From NCBI GenBank assembly GCA_947382485.1, contig CANCYS010000003.1, positions 115,337 through 179,336 of the forward strand: a stretch of DNA of 64,000 nt, in the 5' to 3' direction. The DNA comes from an uncultured Clostridia bacterium (GTDB lineage Bacteria > Bacillota > Clostridia > Christensenellales > UBA1242). This document shows, one piece after another, positions 10,758-21,016 of the stretch (the first letter of the stretch is position 1; every line of letters starts with the position of its first letter). The position numbers and the translations under genes are program-made. The notes beneath the pieces are model-generated. The model was given only the letters and a program-made list of their open reading frames with translations, was not told the origin of the DNA and searched no databases.

Positions 10758-12032
10758 TTATTCCTTTATTTCAAAATCAATATCTTTTATACGGATTACT
10801 GAGTTTTCATCAGCACCCATCTTTTTTAATTCCTTTATAATACCCTTATCTTTAAGCACCCTTTGGAAGTATGCAAAAGATTGTGAATCGCTTAAAACAA
10901 CGCCTCGAACAAGTTCATCAATAAACCCACCAACAACTTCAAAAGCTCCATCTTCCGCAATAATAATTTCATATTTATTTGGATTAGGTCTTTCATAAAC
11001 AAATGGAACATAATCAAGTTTTTGTTTTTTAGGAAGAGTTTTCAATAATTCAACAGTCTTTTTAAGTAACTCATCTAAATTATTATTTGAAATGGCTGAC
11101 ACTTCAACAATCTCATATTTTCTTTTCAGTTTTGAAATTTTACTTTTAAAGTCAGAGATTTTCTTAGGGTCATCAACTAAATCAATTTTATTTAAAACTA
11201 TAATTTGTGGCAAATTTTCAACATCATTACCATGTTTTTTAAGTTCACTAGTAACAATCTTAAAATCATTATAAGGATCTCTTTCTTCACTACCAGAAAT
11301 ATCAATAACATGTAAAAGAAGCCTTGTTCTTTCAATATGTCTCAAAAAGTAATGTCCAAGTCCAACCCCTTCACTTGCCCCTTCAATAAGTCCAGGTATA
11401 TCTGCTAAAACAAATGAATTGTCTCCAAATTTGCAAACACCAATATTTGGAGTAAGTGTTGTGAAATGATAATTTGCAATTTTAGGTTTTGCATTAGTAA
11501 GCATTGCAAGAATAGAACTTTTTCCAACATTAGGAAGTCCAACCAATCCAACATCTGCAATTGTTTTAAGTTCCAATATAACTTCTTTTTCTTCACAAAG
11601 TTGACCAGTTTGTGAAAATGATGGTCTTTGCCTTGTTGAAGATTTAAATCTAGCATTACCAAGTCCGCCATTTCCACCTTTAAGTACAACAATTTCACTT
11701 TTATCTTCAAATAAATCACATATAATATTTTCAGTTTCTGCATCACGTATAACAGTACCACATGGAACCTTGATTATTAAATTTTCACCATTTTTACCTG
11801 TTTTATTATTGCTTCCACCATTTGTTCCATTTTCCGCTCTAAAATGTTTAGTAAAACGAAAATCAATCAAACTATCAATACTTCTGTCTGCAACAAAAAT
11901 GATAGACCCACCTTTTCCGCCATCGCCACCATCAGGTCCGCCTCTCTCAACATACTTTTCGGTATGAAAACTTGTCTTACCGTTTCCACCATTGCCAGCT
12001 TTAATGAAAATCTTAACTCTGTCTAAATACAT
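10758..12032 (-). CDS. obgE: GTPase ObgE/CgtA
   Basis: Gly-rich Obg domain, GLPNVGKS, FTTLTP, DIPGLIEGA, NKID; start moved to MYLDRV. Confidence 0.97.
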   Translation of the reverse strand: MYLDRVKIFIKAGNGGNGKTSFHTEKYVERGGPDGGDGGKGGSIIFVADRSIDSLIDFRFTKHFRAENGTNGGSNNKTGKNGENLIIKVPCGTVIRDAETENIICDLFEDKSEIVVLKGGNGGLGNARFKSSTRQRPSFSQTGQLCEEKEVILELKTIADVGLVGLPNVGKSSILAMLTNAKPKIANYHFTTLTPNIGVCKFGDNSFVLADIPGLIEGASEGVGLGHYFLRHIERTRLLLHVIDISGSEERDPYNDFKIVTSELKKHGNDVENLPQIIVLNKIDLVDDPKKISDFKSKISKLKRKYEIVEVSAISNNNLDELLKKTVELLKTLPKKQKLDYVPFVYERPNPNKYEIIIAEDGAFEVVGGFIDELVRGVVLSDSQSFAYFQRVLKDKGIIKELKKMGADENSVIRIKDIDFEIKE

Positions 12033-12049
12033 TACTTCCCCTAAATTCA

Positions 12050-12682
12050 CTATAAATTATTTTCTTTTTTATATTTGCAATACTCACTAAGTCCACATTC
12101 ATTACAATTTGGTCTTTGTGATTTACAAACATATCTACCATGAAGAACCAAAGCATAATGAAACTTAATCCATTTATCTTTTGGCAAAACTCTTTCAAGG
12201 TCTTCTTGTGTTTTTTCAACTGTTCCATGATTAGCAAGTCCAAGCCTATTAGACACTCTAAACACATGAGTATCAACAGCAATTGCTGGAATATTAAAAG
12301 CCATAGACAAAACCACATTAGCAGTTTTCTCACCAACACCGGCAAGTGCCTTCAATTGTTCTTTGTCGCTAGGAACTTCTCCGCCATATTTATTAACCAA
12401 ATCATTAGAGCATTCCAAAATGCTCTTTGCCTTGTTATGAAAAAAGCCACAAGAATGAATTTTATCTTCCAACTCAACTTGTGACAAAGTAATCATTTTA
12501 TAAGGCGTGTTGTATTCTTTGAACAATTCACTTGTCACCACATTAACTCTTTTGTCAGTACATTGAGCAGACAAAATAACAGCAATCAAAAGTTCATATG
12601 GTGAATTAAAGTTCAACTCACATTTTGGATTCTCATAAAGCATATCAACTTTATTAATTAATTCCAAAACACCATTTTCCAT
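12050..12682 (-). CDS. nth: endonuclease III
   Basis: LSAQCTD, HhH LAGVGEKTA, VDTHV, C-x6-C-x2-C-x5-C Fe-S motif. Confidence 0.96.
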   Translation of the reverse strand: MENGVLELINKVDMLYENPKCELNFNSPYELLIAVILSAQCTDKRVNVVTSELFKEYNTPYKMITLSQVELEDKIHSCGFFHNKAKSILECSNDLVNKYGGEVPSDKEQLKALAGVGEKTANVVLSMAFNIPAIAVDTHVFRVSNRLGLANHGTVEKTQEDLERVLPKDKWIKFHYALVLHGRYVCKSQRPNCNECGLSEYCKYKKENNL

Positions 12683-13092
12683 TATTTCTTCCCAATCCTT
12701 TCATTCATTTTATCATACACAATCGTAAGTAGCCTAAAACTCATAGCCTCTTCAAAATTTCGTATATTAAGTCCTGTAATTTTATAAATTTTTTCAATAC
12801 GATATAAAAGAGTGTTTCTATGCAAAAAAGCGTTTCTGCTAGTTTCTGAAATATTTAAATTATTTTTGAAGAAAGCATTAATACATTCAATCAATTCTTT
12901 ATCTTTCATAACAGAAACAATTTCAGGAGTTAAAAATTTTTCACTAATGCTCGCACATTCATCAGGATTTAAGCAATTAATAACAAAATTGCAAAAATCT
13001 GAAAAAAGTGAATTGCTATAACTAGCCTTACCATTTTTTTCATCTTTAATTTGATTAAAAGAACCATTCTGCTTACCTGATAAATAATCCAT
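12682..13092 (-). CDS. short PucR/CdaR-type HTH protein
   Basis: NNLNISETSRNAFLHRNTLLYRIEKI C-terminal HTH. Confidence 0.85.
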   Translation of the reverse strand: MDYLSGKQNGSFNQIKDEKNGKASYSNSLFSDFCNFVINCLNPDECASISEKFLTPEIVSVMKDKELIECINAFFKNNLNISETSRNAFLHRNTLLYRIEKIYKITGLNIRNFEEAMSFRLLTIVYDKMNERIGKK

Positions 13093-13162
13093 AAATATCT
13101 CCTTAAACCTATCACATTATATCAAATATTTTTCGACATTTCAATAATTTTGTGAGAGATTT

Positions 13163-14152
13163 TTAAATAACCTTCGTTCCATCAAACTTTAAATAAATAA
13201 AGATATCTTTGTTATTAATCAACTTGTTAAATTCACTATCTTTAATAGCATCTATATTAATGCCCTTTTTAACAAAAACATCAACCTTTTCAATATCTTC
13301 ATTTTCATTTAAAGTTTTGCAAATCTCATTATTAAAATTATTATCAAATTTAATATACTTATTCTTATCTGTTATAAAAAAGAATTCATTGTTCTGATTT
13401 TTAATTTCACATTCAAATTTTTCAAAATCTTCAAGAAATTCAAAAATATCTCTATCTATATATGAATTTAAAAATTCAACTATATTTTCAAATTTCTTTA
13501 ACACTGACAAATTCAAATACCCAACATTTTCAAAATTAAGTTTCTCAAAAAACTCTCTATTACTTTTAAAGCTAGAAGGTTCTGCCACAGTAATAATAGT
13601 TATATTTTTATTACTAAATAAAATATTATAAATCTCACGCATTTGAATTTGTTCATCTTCCGATAATCCATTAAACTGGTCATCTAAAAATAATATTTTA
13701 GGATTTTTTATATAACTACGAAGTATTGCTAATTTTCTTTTTTCAAACAAACTAAGTTTCTTCACTTTAACTTTTTGTTCTCTATCAATTTTAAATTGAT
13801 TTAATAACTCAGAAATATCATCATCACTCAATTTTGCAATGCCACATGCTTCACACAAAAAATCCAAGTTAAATCTAATAGTCTTATCTTTCAATAAAAC
13901 AGGTTCAGATAGTAAAAGTGAAAAGTTCTTTTTATTATCTTCAATATTCCTAATTTCATTCCCTTCACAAAAAACCTTCCCAAAATAAGAAGTTTCGAAT
14001 CCAGAAATAACTTTTAATAACGTAGTATTCCCTTCATCATGCTTCGCCAACACAAGCAATCTATCTCCTTTCTTCATAGAAAAACTAACATCTTTTAAAC
14101 AAAGAGGCTTTTTATAATAACTAAAACAAACATTATCTACTTCATAAAACAT
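13163..14152 (-). CDS. ABC ATPase-like protein with degenerate motifs
   Basis: ABC architecture (LKDVSF, LSLFEKRK, ILFLDD) but Walker A reads AKHDEGNTT. Confidence 0.75.
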   Translation of the reverse strand: MFYEVDNVCFSYYKKPLCLKDVSFSMKKGDRLLVLAKHDEGNTTLLKVISGFETSYFGKVFCEGNEIRNIEDNKKNFSLLLSEPVLLKDKTIRFNLDFLCEACGIAKLSDDDISELLNQFKIDREQKVKVKKLSLFEKRKLAILRSYIKNPKILFLDDQFNGLSEDEQIQMREIYNILFSNKNITIITVAEPSSFKSNREFFEKLNFENVGYLNLSVLKKFENIVEFLNSYIDRDIFEFLEDFEKFECEIKNQNNEFFFITDKNKYIKFDNNFNNEICKTLNENEDIEKVDVFVKKGINIDAIKDSEFNKLINNKDIFIYLKFDGTKVI

Positions 14153-14158
14153 ACTTAT

Positions 14159-14187
14159 AATATAAACAATTTTATAACATTTTGCAA
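14159..14187 (-). promoter_or_regulatory. sigmaA-like promoter of a leaderless gene
   Basis: TTGCAA-17-TATATT-6 nt-ATG(14152); no Shine-Dalgarno. Confidence 0.65.
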
Positions 14188-14225
14188 TTTATTATGCCAT
14201 AAATAAAAATTTAAATTTTAACAGA

Positions 14226-14251
14226 AAAAAGCATACAAAAGTATGCTTTTT
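14226..14251 (-). terminator. terminator after hpf
   Basis: aaaaagcatac-aaaa-gtatgcttttt. Confidence 0.75.
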
Positions 14252-14279
14252 CATATAAAAACTAAAATATTTTGCGATT

Positions 14280-14810
14280 TTACTTAGTTTTAATCAAACC
14301 ATAATCTCCATCTGCACGCTTATAAAGAACATTAACAAAACCTGTTTCAATATCTTTGTAAATATAAAAATCATTATCAACAAGTTCAAGTTGGTCAACT
14401 GCTTGTTCTTCTGTAAGTCTGTCAAGATCAAACTCTTTTCTCTTAACAATTTTAGCAGGTTCAATTTCAGGCATTTCATCAAAGAATAAAAGTGTCATCG
14501 GATCAATCACAACCTTAACGCTATCTTTATTCTTGCCAGCAATTCTAACAATTTGTCTTTCAAGTTTTGCCAAACATGTATCAAGGTTTGCATACATATT
14601 GTCAGACTCAACTTCGCTTCTAACAAAAGTATTAACATCTTTAACTGTAATTTCCATTTTATATCTTTCAAGTTTACCTGCTTTTGAAAGAACTATTTTA
14701 GCACTAGCACCATTTTGCAAATACTTCTCAAATTTTGCCACCTTTTTCTCAATCAAGTCTGTAAGTTTTTCTTTTGCAGAGTAATTCCTTTGCACTATTT
14801 CAATTTTCAT
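14280..14810 (-). CDS. hpf: ribosome hibernation promoting factor (long HPF)
   Basis: KKVAKFEKY, DNMYANLD..LERQI, C-terminal NVLYKRADGDYGLI; GGAGG RBS before ATG at 14810. Confidence 0.93.
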   Translation of the reverse strand: MKIEIVQRNYSAKEKLTDLIEKKVAKFEKYLQNGASAKIVLSKAGKLERYKMEITVKDVNTFVRSEVESDNMYANLDTCLAKLERQIVRIAGKNKDSVKVVIDPMTLLFFDEMPEIEPAKIVKRKEFDLDRLTEEQAVDQLELVDNDFYIYKDIETGFVNVLYKRADGDYGLIKTK

Positions 14811-14876
14811 AAAAGTCACCTCCAAGTTTTATACTTATATTATAGCAAACTAAATTTCAAAATACAAAATATTTTA

Positions 14877-17330
14877 TTAACATAAAACTTCAAATTTAAA
14901 ATTTTCATCATCAGCATCAACCATAACAGCTGAATTATCAACAAGTTCTCCACTAATAATCATTTCGGCCAATGGGTCTTTAACTTCCTTATCAATAACT
15001 CTCCTAAGAGGTCTAGCACCATAAGCCTCATCATAACCTTTATCACAAATAAGTTCTCTTGCCTTTCTTGAAATTTGAAGCGAAATATTTTTCTTTTTAA
15101 ATCTGCCTTCCAATGCTTTAAGCATCAAATCAGAAATTTTCATAACACTTTCTTTTGACAAACTGTCAAATATAACAATTGAATCAATTCTATTCAAAAG
15201 TTCAGGTTTGAAATTATCTCTAAGTTTATCCATCAAAAACTCATCTGTCGAAACTCTTGCCTCATCAGGATTAAGTTTTTCAAATTTTCTTCTAGCAATC
15301 AAATCTTGAACACCAGTATTACTAGTCATTATTATTAATGTATTTTTAAAACTAACAAGTTTACCACTCGAATCAGTAAGTCTTCCATCGTCAAAAATTT
15401 GTAATAGAATATTAAAAATATCTAAGTGAGCTTTTTCAATTTCATCAAATAAAACAATTGAATATGGATTTCTACGAACAGCCTCAGTTAGTTCACCACC
15501 ATCTTCATGACCAACATATCCAGGAGGAGCACCAATAAGTCTTGAAATTGAATGACTTTCCATAAACTCACTCATATCAAATCTTATAACTGCATCTTCA
15601 TTATCAAACAAAACATCACCAAGTGCTTTCGTAAGTTCAGTTTTTCCAACACCTGTTGGACCCAAAAACAGAAATGAACCAATAGGTCTCTTTGGGTCAT
15701 TAATGTCAGCCCTTGATCTTCTTATAGCTTTTGACACCACACTAATTGCCTCTGGTTGTCCAATAACTCTTTCAGCTAAAATATTTTCTAAGTTTAACAA
15801 CTTTTCCTTTTCAGAACCAGTCAGTTTTTTAATTGGAATATTAGTCCATGAAGAAACAACTTCTCGAATGCTGTCGGTATTAATTTCACCAAAAGAGTTC
15901 CCTGTCTTAGCAAATTGAGCATTTTTAATATTTTCAATTTGCTCCAAAATTTTCATCTTTTGATTTTTAATGTTTTCCGCTTCCTTATATTCTTGATTTT
16001 CAATATAAATCGCCTTTTGTTTATCTAATTCATTAATTTTCAAATTTAATTCTTTAACTTCATCTGGCATAATAGAAGCATGAACTCTGGTTTTGCTACA
16101 AGCCTCATCAATAAGGTCAATAGCCTTATCTGGTAAATACCTATTTGTTATATACCTAATTGATAAATTCACCGCCGATTCAATTGCATCATCTGAAATC
16201 TTAACATTATGAAAATTTTCAAAAGAACTTTTAATTCCTTTTAAAATTTTAATTGCATCTTCCGCAGTAGGTTCTTCAACCTTAACTGGCTGAAATCTTC
16301 TTTCTAGTGCAGGATCTTTCTCAATATATTTTTTATATTCATCAAGAGTAGTCGCACCAACACAATGCAATTCACCACGAGCAAGATATGGCTTTAAAAT
16401 ATCAGATGGAGAAATCTCTCCTTCCTTAGAACCTGCTTCTGCAAGCATATGAATCTCATCAATAAAAACAATTATATTACCACTTTCCTGTATTGCTTGA
16501 ATTGCATCTTTAAGTTTCTGTTCCATGCTTCCTCTAAATTTAGTTCCAGCCATAAGTGATGCAAGGTCAAGTGAAAAAATAATTTTACCTTGAATTGCAT
16601 CAGGAACATTTCCACACAAAATTCTTTGAGCAAGTCCTTCAACAACTGACGATTTACCAACACCAGCTTCACCAATAAGCACAGGATTGTTTTTAGTTTT
16701 TCTACACAAAATTTCAATAACTCTTGCAGTTTCCTCATCTCTTCCAATTATTTCTGCCAAGTTATTATCTCTAACTTTTTGTGTTAAATCAACACCCAAA
16801 TTTTTCAGAACATCAGGAAGTTCTGTTTGCATATTAATATTCTTTTGAGTTTTTAAACCACCATTAAAAGAACCTCTTTCAACCTTAACATCATCAGCCT
16901 TAAAACCAATAACAGTTTCAAGATTATCTTTCAATTTTTCAAGATCCAACTTAAATATAGTCTGCAAAAATTTTGTCGCTTTTAAATCCCTATTTAAAAT
17001 TAAAAAATACAAAATATGTTCAATCTCAACCGAATTTACATTATTTTTTTGACAAAACCTATCAGATTTTGCAAAAATTGCAGAAACTGCTTTGGAATAT
17101 CCAATTTCATTAACTGTTTTAACTTCATCTTTTTTTAGATATGATATTATAACTTTTTTATATGTACTTTCACTAACTCCCAAATTCTTCAAAAGATTAG
17201 TACCACGGTTATTTTGTATAGTCAAAATTCCATAAAGCAAATGTTCTGACTCAATCTTATTTGAGCCAACAGCTCTTGCAAACTTTGCTGAATTTTCAAT
17301 AGCACTTTTAACTGAATTAGATATAGCCAT
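14877..17330 (-). CDS. clpC: ATP-dependent Clp protease ATP-binding subunit ClpC
   Basis: Clp N domain, two AAA+ modules (GEAGVGKS; GPTGVGKT), UVR-like middle domain; in the ctsR operon. Confidence 0.95.
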   Translation of the reverse strand: MAISNSVKSAIENSAKFARAVGSNKIESEHLLYGILTIQNNRGTNLLKNLGVSESTYKKVIISYLKKDEVKTVNEIGYSKAVSAIFAKSDRFCQKNNVNSVEIEHILYFLILNRDLKATKFLQTIFKLDLEKLKDNLETVIGFKADDVKVERGSFNGGLKTQKNINMQTELPDVLKNLGVDLTQKVRDNNLAEIIGRDEETARVIEILCRKTKNNPVLIGEAGVGKSSVVEGLAQRILCGNVPDAIQGKIIFSLDLASLMAGTKFRGSMEQKLKDAIQAIQESGNIIVFIDEIHMLAEAGSKEGEISPSDILKPYLARGELHCVGATTLDEYKKYIEKDPALERRFQPVKVEEPTAEDAIKILKGIKSSFENFHNVKISDDAIESAVNLSIRYITNRYLPDKAIDLIDEACSKTRVHASIMPDEVKELNLKINELDKQKAIYIENQEYKEAENIKNQKMKILEQIENIKNAQFAKTGNSFGEINTDSIREVVSSWTNIPIKKLTGSEKEKLLNLENILAERVIGQPEAISVVSKAIRRSRADINDPKRPIGSFLFLGPTGVGKTELTKALGDVLFDNEDAVIRFDMSEFMESHSISRLIGAPPGYVGHEDGGELTEAVRRNPYSIVLFDEIEKAHLDIFNILLQIFDDGRLTDSSGKLVSFKNTLIIMTSNTGVQDLIARRKFEKLNPDEARVSTDEFLMDKLRDNFKPELLNRIDSIVIFDSLSKESVMKISDLMLKALEGRFKKKNISLQISRKARELICDKGYDEAYGARPLRRVIDKEVKDPLAEMIISGELVDNSAVMVDADDENFKFEVLC

Positions 17331-17337
17331 ACACCAC

Positions 17338-18357
17338 CTATTTTATCCTTTTAGATTTTAATACATTACTCAAAAATGTTGCACGATATTTATCAAGTTC
17401 TAAATATGTAACTTTCGATTCTGAAATTTTAGTAAGAGAATAAGGCAAAATATCCTGCATCAATTTGTCAATAAAATTAACTTCTTTAAATCTAATAAGG
17501 TCAAGTGCAACCCCCATCTTGATTTCACCCAAAAGTTCACTAGACTCAGCAACATTAATTTTATAGCAATTTGTTAAAATTCCCCAAGCTCTATAAACCT
17601 TATCTCTCACATCATCAATTTTTTGATATGACACCATGTCTGTTCTGGCTTTAACTTCCATGTCTGCAATTTTGATTGCAAACTCAGTCACCCTAACAAC
17701 ATAGTCTGTTTCTTTTTTCCCAATAGTCTGGCTATTTGAAAGTGTATAAGTATATGCTTCGCTTTCAATTTCATCATCATTCATTGAACTCAAATCAAGC
17801 CCTTGACTTTGGAGCGTTGAAGTAATTTCCCTAATTTTTCCACTAAGTGTAAGTGCTGGCAAAAACAATGTAACTCCTGCTTTAAGTCCAGTACCAACAT
17901 CAGCAATGTTAGATGTTAAAAAACCAATCGAATCATCAAATGCAATTTCAAGTTTAGATAAAATTTGATTATCAATATAATTAATTCTATCATATGCATT
18001 TATAAGATTAAGACCTTTCAACATACATTGCTCAGAAATATGGTCAGATTCATTAATCATAATTGAAATATCTTCGTTTTCAGAAAGCACCACTGCACCA
18101 TAACCATATGCATCCATAAGTCTGCTTGTAATAAGTTTTTTCTCATGCATAATGTTAACATCTAACTCAGAAATCTCAGAAAGTGTTTTAATACGATAAA
18201 TTTTGAAACTCTTATCAAGATTTAAAACAGTATCTGCAACTTTATTCAAAACCTTAATACCTTCTTGTTCAGTAAGCATAGACGGAAATTCAAAACCAAT
18301 CAAATTTCGAAGTAACCTTACTTTACTTGAAACAATTATTGAACTATAATCTTTCAT
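17338..18357 (-). CDS. mcsB: McsB-family protein arginine kinase homolog (catalytic motifs degenerate)
   Basis: SSKVRLLRN, MINESDH, GFLTS..DVGTG, SNSQTIG; lies between mcsA and clpC. Confidence 0.88.
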   Translation of the reverse strand: MKDYSSIIVSSKVRLLRNLIGFEFPSMLTEQEGIKVLNKVADTVLNLDKSFKIYRIKTLSEISELDVNIMHEKKLITSRLMDAYGYGAVVLSENEDISIMINESDHISEQCMLKGLNLINAYDRINYIDNQILSKLEIAFDDSIGFLTSNIADVGTGLKAGVTLFLPALTLSGKIREITSTLQSQGLDLSSMNDDEIESEAYTYTLSNSQTIGKKETDYVVRVTEFAIKIADMEVKARTDMVSYQKIDDVRDKVYRAWGILTNCYKINVAESSELLGEIKMGVALDLIRFKEVNFIDKLMQDILPYSLTKISESKVTYLELDKYRATFLSNVLKSKRIK

Positions 18358-18720
18358 TTAAAGTTCTCCTTTCAATTTTTCAATTTGGTTTTTTAATGCC
18401 TCAGCAACAATATAATTTTCTTGTCTTGCTGCCCTATCTTTCTCATCTTCAAGTTCTTTTATTTTTTCTTTAATTTTTATTTTAGAAATATGTTTAGATG
18501 AAATTTTTCCAACATGATTAATACTACCTTGCTTTTTCAAAAGTAAATTACGAATTTCTGTTTCAAAAACTTTGTAACAATCTGCACAACCAACAATACC
18601 TGACCTTAAAAACTCAACCAAACTAGTTTTGCATCTAGGACATTCTTTATCTTGAATATAATTCATATTGCCACTGTTTTCATCAAAAATAATCTTTGAA
18701 TTCCCATTAAAATCAAACAT
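18358..18720 (-). CDS. mcsA: McsA-like activator, N-terminally shortened
   Basis: CPRC, GCADCY, HVGK, C-terminal UVR (ENYIVAEALKNQI). Confidence 0.85.
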   Translation of the reverse strand: MFDFNGNSKIIFDENSGNMNYIQDKECPRCKTSLVEFLRSGIVGCADCYKVFETEIRNLLLKKQGSINHVGKISSKHISKIKIKEKIKELEDEKDRAARQENYIVAEALKNQIEKLKGEL

Positions 18721-18731
18721 AACATTCCTCT

Positions 18732-19205
18732 CTATTCATCACTCTTTGAACTGTTCATCAGTTTAGTCAAAACATTTTTAAACGATTTTGCCCTCACTTT
18801 ATCTTTTATAGTAAAAGGCATAGAAAGTGAATCGTCAGACAAAGCCATCAAAATTATATTTTTTTCCTTTTCAGTCACAACAAAATCATTTAAAAGTTTA
18901 TCTAAAATTTGTCCCATACGCTTCTCAGTAATCTCATCTCCAACACTATCAGTTATTAAATTATTAAGATAAGCATTAGTATCAGTATTCTGAACTTTAA
19001 TAATCTTAATAAATCCACTGCCACCTCTTTTGCTTTCTTTGATATATCCTCTATCAAGAGTAAATCTAGTATCAAGCACATAATTAATTTGGCTTGGGGC
19101 ACAAGAAAAATATTCAGCAAGTGAATTTCTTGAAATGTCAACCGAACTATTATTTTCTAAACTAGAAACAATAAATTTTTCAATGGTATCTGATATGTTT
19201 GCCAT
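18732..19205 (-). CDS. ctsR: class III stress gene repressor CtsR
   Basis: NISDTIE, CAPSQINYVLDTRF, ESKRGGSGFI; AGGAG RBS before ATG at 19205. Confidence 0.96.
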   Translation of the reverse strand: MANISDTIEKFIVSSLENNSSVDISRNSLAEYFSCAPSQINYVLDTRFTLDRGYIKESKRGGSGFIKIIKVQNTDTNAYLNNLITDSVGDEITEKRMGQILDKLLNDFVVTEKEKNIILMALSDDSLSMPFTIKDKVRAKSFKNVLTKLMNSSKSDE

Positions 19206-19220
19206 AAAAATTCTCCTTTT

Positions 19221-19237
19221 AGTCAAAGATGGTCAAA
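19221..19237. promoter_or_regulatory. CtsR operator (heptad direct repeat)
   Basis: AGTCAAA-GAT-GGTCAAA matches RGTCAAA-NAN-RGTCAAA and sits just upstream of the ctsR RBS. Confidence 0.88.
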
Positions 19238-19340
19238 TTACAATTTAATAATATAATATGTTGCACAATCAAGTCAAACAAATATGTAAAATTAAAACAA
19301 AATAAAAAGGAGTATTACCACTCCTTTTGTAAATAAATTT

Positions 19341-20198
19341 CTATGCTTTAACAAAAATAATACCAATTGTTCCAGGACCAGCATGAGCACCAATAACAGG
19401 GCCAATTGGAAGTCTTCTAATAGAAACATCTTTACCAGTATTTCTAATTCTTTCAGCAACTTGGTCACCAACTTCTTTGTTATCTGCGTCAATAATATAA
19501 ACTTCATACTTAGAATCATTGTTATATTCTTTTTCAAACTTATCAATCAAGAAATCCAAAGCCTTTTTAGTTCCTTTAACTGTACAAAGTTTTTCAATCT
19601 TACCTTCATTAGAAACTGTTAAAATAGGTTTAATATTCAATAGTGAACCAACAACAGCAGATGCTGGTGAAATACGACCGCCTCTTTTTAAATATTTCAA
19701 ACTATCAACATAAAAATATACAGCAATTTTTTCTCTAAATGCAGTTAAAAATTTAACAACATCTTCATCGCTCATACCACTATTATGTAGTTTAGCAGCT
19801 TCAATTGCTTGAATACCACCACCAAGTGAAATGTTCAAAGTATCAAAAACAGTAATTTTTCTTTCAGGATATTTTTCTTTTAAAATATCAATTGCTGTAT
19901 TCATATAATTGAATGTTGCAGACAAATTAGATGAAAAATGAACATATAAAACATCTTCACCCTTTTGTAAAACTGGTTCAAAATAATTCAAATAATCTTG
20001 TGAATTAAGAGCAGAAGTTGTTGCAACTTCTCCGTTTCTCATATCATCAAAAAAATCTTTTATATTAGTATTTTTACCAAAATCATAAATATGTTCTTGC
20101 CCCTTGATTGTATAAGGCATTCCAATAACATTAATTCCTAAACTTTCTGCATCAGTATAAAACATTTCGCAGTCAGTATCTGTAAAAAATACGCTCAT
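19341..20198 (-). CDS. DegV family fatty acid-binding protein
   Basis: TTSA, SSNLSAT, YLKRGGRIS, IKPIL, GPVIGAHAGPG. Confidence 0.95.
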   Translation of the reverse strand: MSVFFTDTDCEMFYTDAESLGINVIGMPYTIKGQEHIYDFGKNTNIKDFFDDMRNGEVATTSALNSQDYLNYFEPVLQKGEDVLYVHFSSNLSATFNYMNTAIDILKEKYPERKITVFDTLNISLGGGIQAIEAAKLHNSGMSDEDVVKFLTAFREKIAVYFYVDSLKYLKRGGRISPASAVVGSLLNIKPILTVSNEGKIEKLCTVKGTKKALDFLIDKFEKEYNNDSKYEVYIIDADNKEVGDQVAERIRNTGKDVSIRRLPIGPVIGAHAGPGTIGIIFVKA

Positions 20199-20215
20199 AA
20201 ACTTTCTCCTTTCAT

Positions 20216-20241
20216 GTGAACATTATACAACATTTGTTCAC
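20216..20241. promoter_or_regulatory. possible operator overlapping the degV promoter
   Basis: GTGAACA...TGTTCAC inverted repeat overlapping a minus-strand TATAAT at 20222-20227. Confidence 0.35.
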
Positions 20242-20272
20242 TATTGACAAATATTTTAATGACATTTTAAAA

Positions 20273-21013
20273 TTAATATTTCACATCAACAAGTGTCAAA
20301 GCATGGGCACTAACAAGCTTACCCGCAAATTTTCTTTCCTTAGATTTTAAAATATTATCAACTTTTTTAGGATCAATATTTCCCACTCCAACATCAATAA
20401 GCGTTCCAACAATAATCCTAACCATATTATATAAAAACGCATTTCCAGTTAAAATAAACTCAAAAATACCGTTATTTTCATAAATTTCAATATTTTTTAA
20501 ATCTCTAATGCAATTTTTTCTTTCATCATCTTTGCTCGCAAATGCTGAAAAATCATGTTTGCCAATTAAAAATCTTGTAGCAATTTTCATTTTTTCTAAA
20601 TCAAGTTTCTTACTAACTTGAAGCATACTTTTTTCATAAACTGGATTTAAATGAACACTATTATATACTAAATATTTGTATACTTTTAACTTGGCAGAAA
20701 ATCTTGCATGAAAATTATCACTAACTTTTTTAGAAGAAAAAACTTGAATATCCTTAGGCAAAAGTTTATTAACTGCAAAACAAATATTTGTTGCAATAAT
20801 GCTAGAATTAGTATCAAAATGAGCAACTTGTTTAAGTGCAGAAACACCCGCATCTGTTCTACCAGAAGCCACAATTTTAATATCTTCTCCAAGCAATTTT
20901 GTTAATGCTTTTTCAAGTTCATTTTGAACAGTTCTTTTATCAGGCAAACTTTGAAAACCATAAAATTTTTCTCCGTCATATGCAAACTCAATTTTTATTC
21001 TATTCATATTCAC
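20273..21013 (-). CDS. truA: tRNA pseudouridine(38-40) synthase
   Basis: YDG..FYGFQ, SGRTDAGVSA, FHARF, FLYNMVRIIVG. Confidence 0.97.
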   Translation of the reverse strand: MNMNRIKIEFAYDGEKFYGFQSLPDKRTVQNELEKALTKLLGEDIKIVASGRTDAGVSALKQVAHFDTNSSIIATNICFAVNKLLPKDIQVFSSKKVSDNFHARFSAKLKVYKYLVYNSVHLNPVYEKSMLQVSKKLDLEKMKIATRFLIGKHDFSAFASKDDERKNCIRDLKNIEIYENNGIFEFILTGNAFLYNMVRIIVGTLIDVGVGNIDPKKVDNILKSKERKFAGKLVSAHALTLVDVKY

Positions 21014-21016
21014 CTA

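Noticed and set aside
13132-13138. Spo0A box (TTCGACA) upstream of the PucR-like gene
   Set aside because: A single heptamer is expected by chance in 64 kb, and there is no second box.
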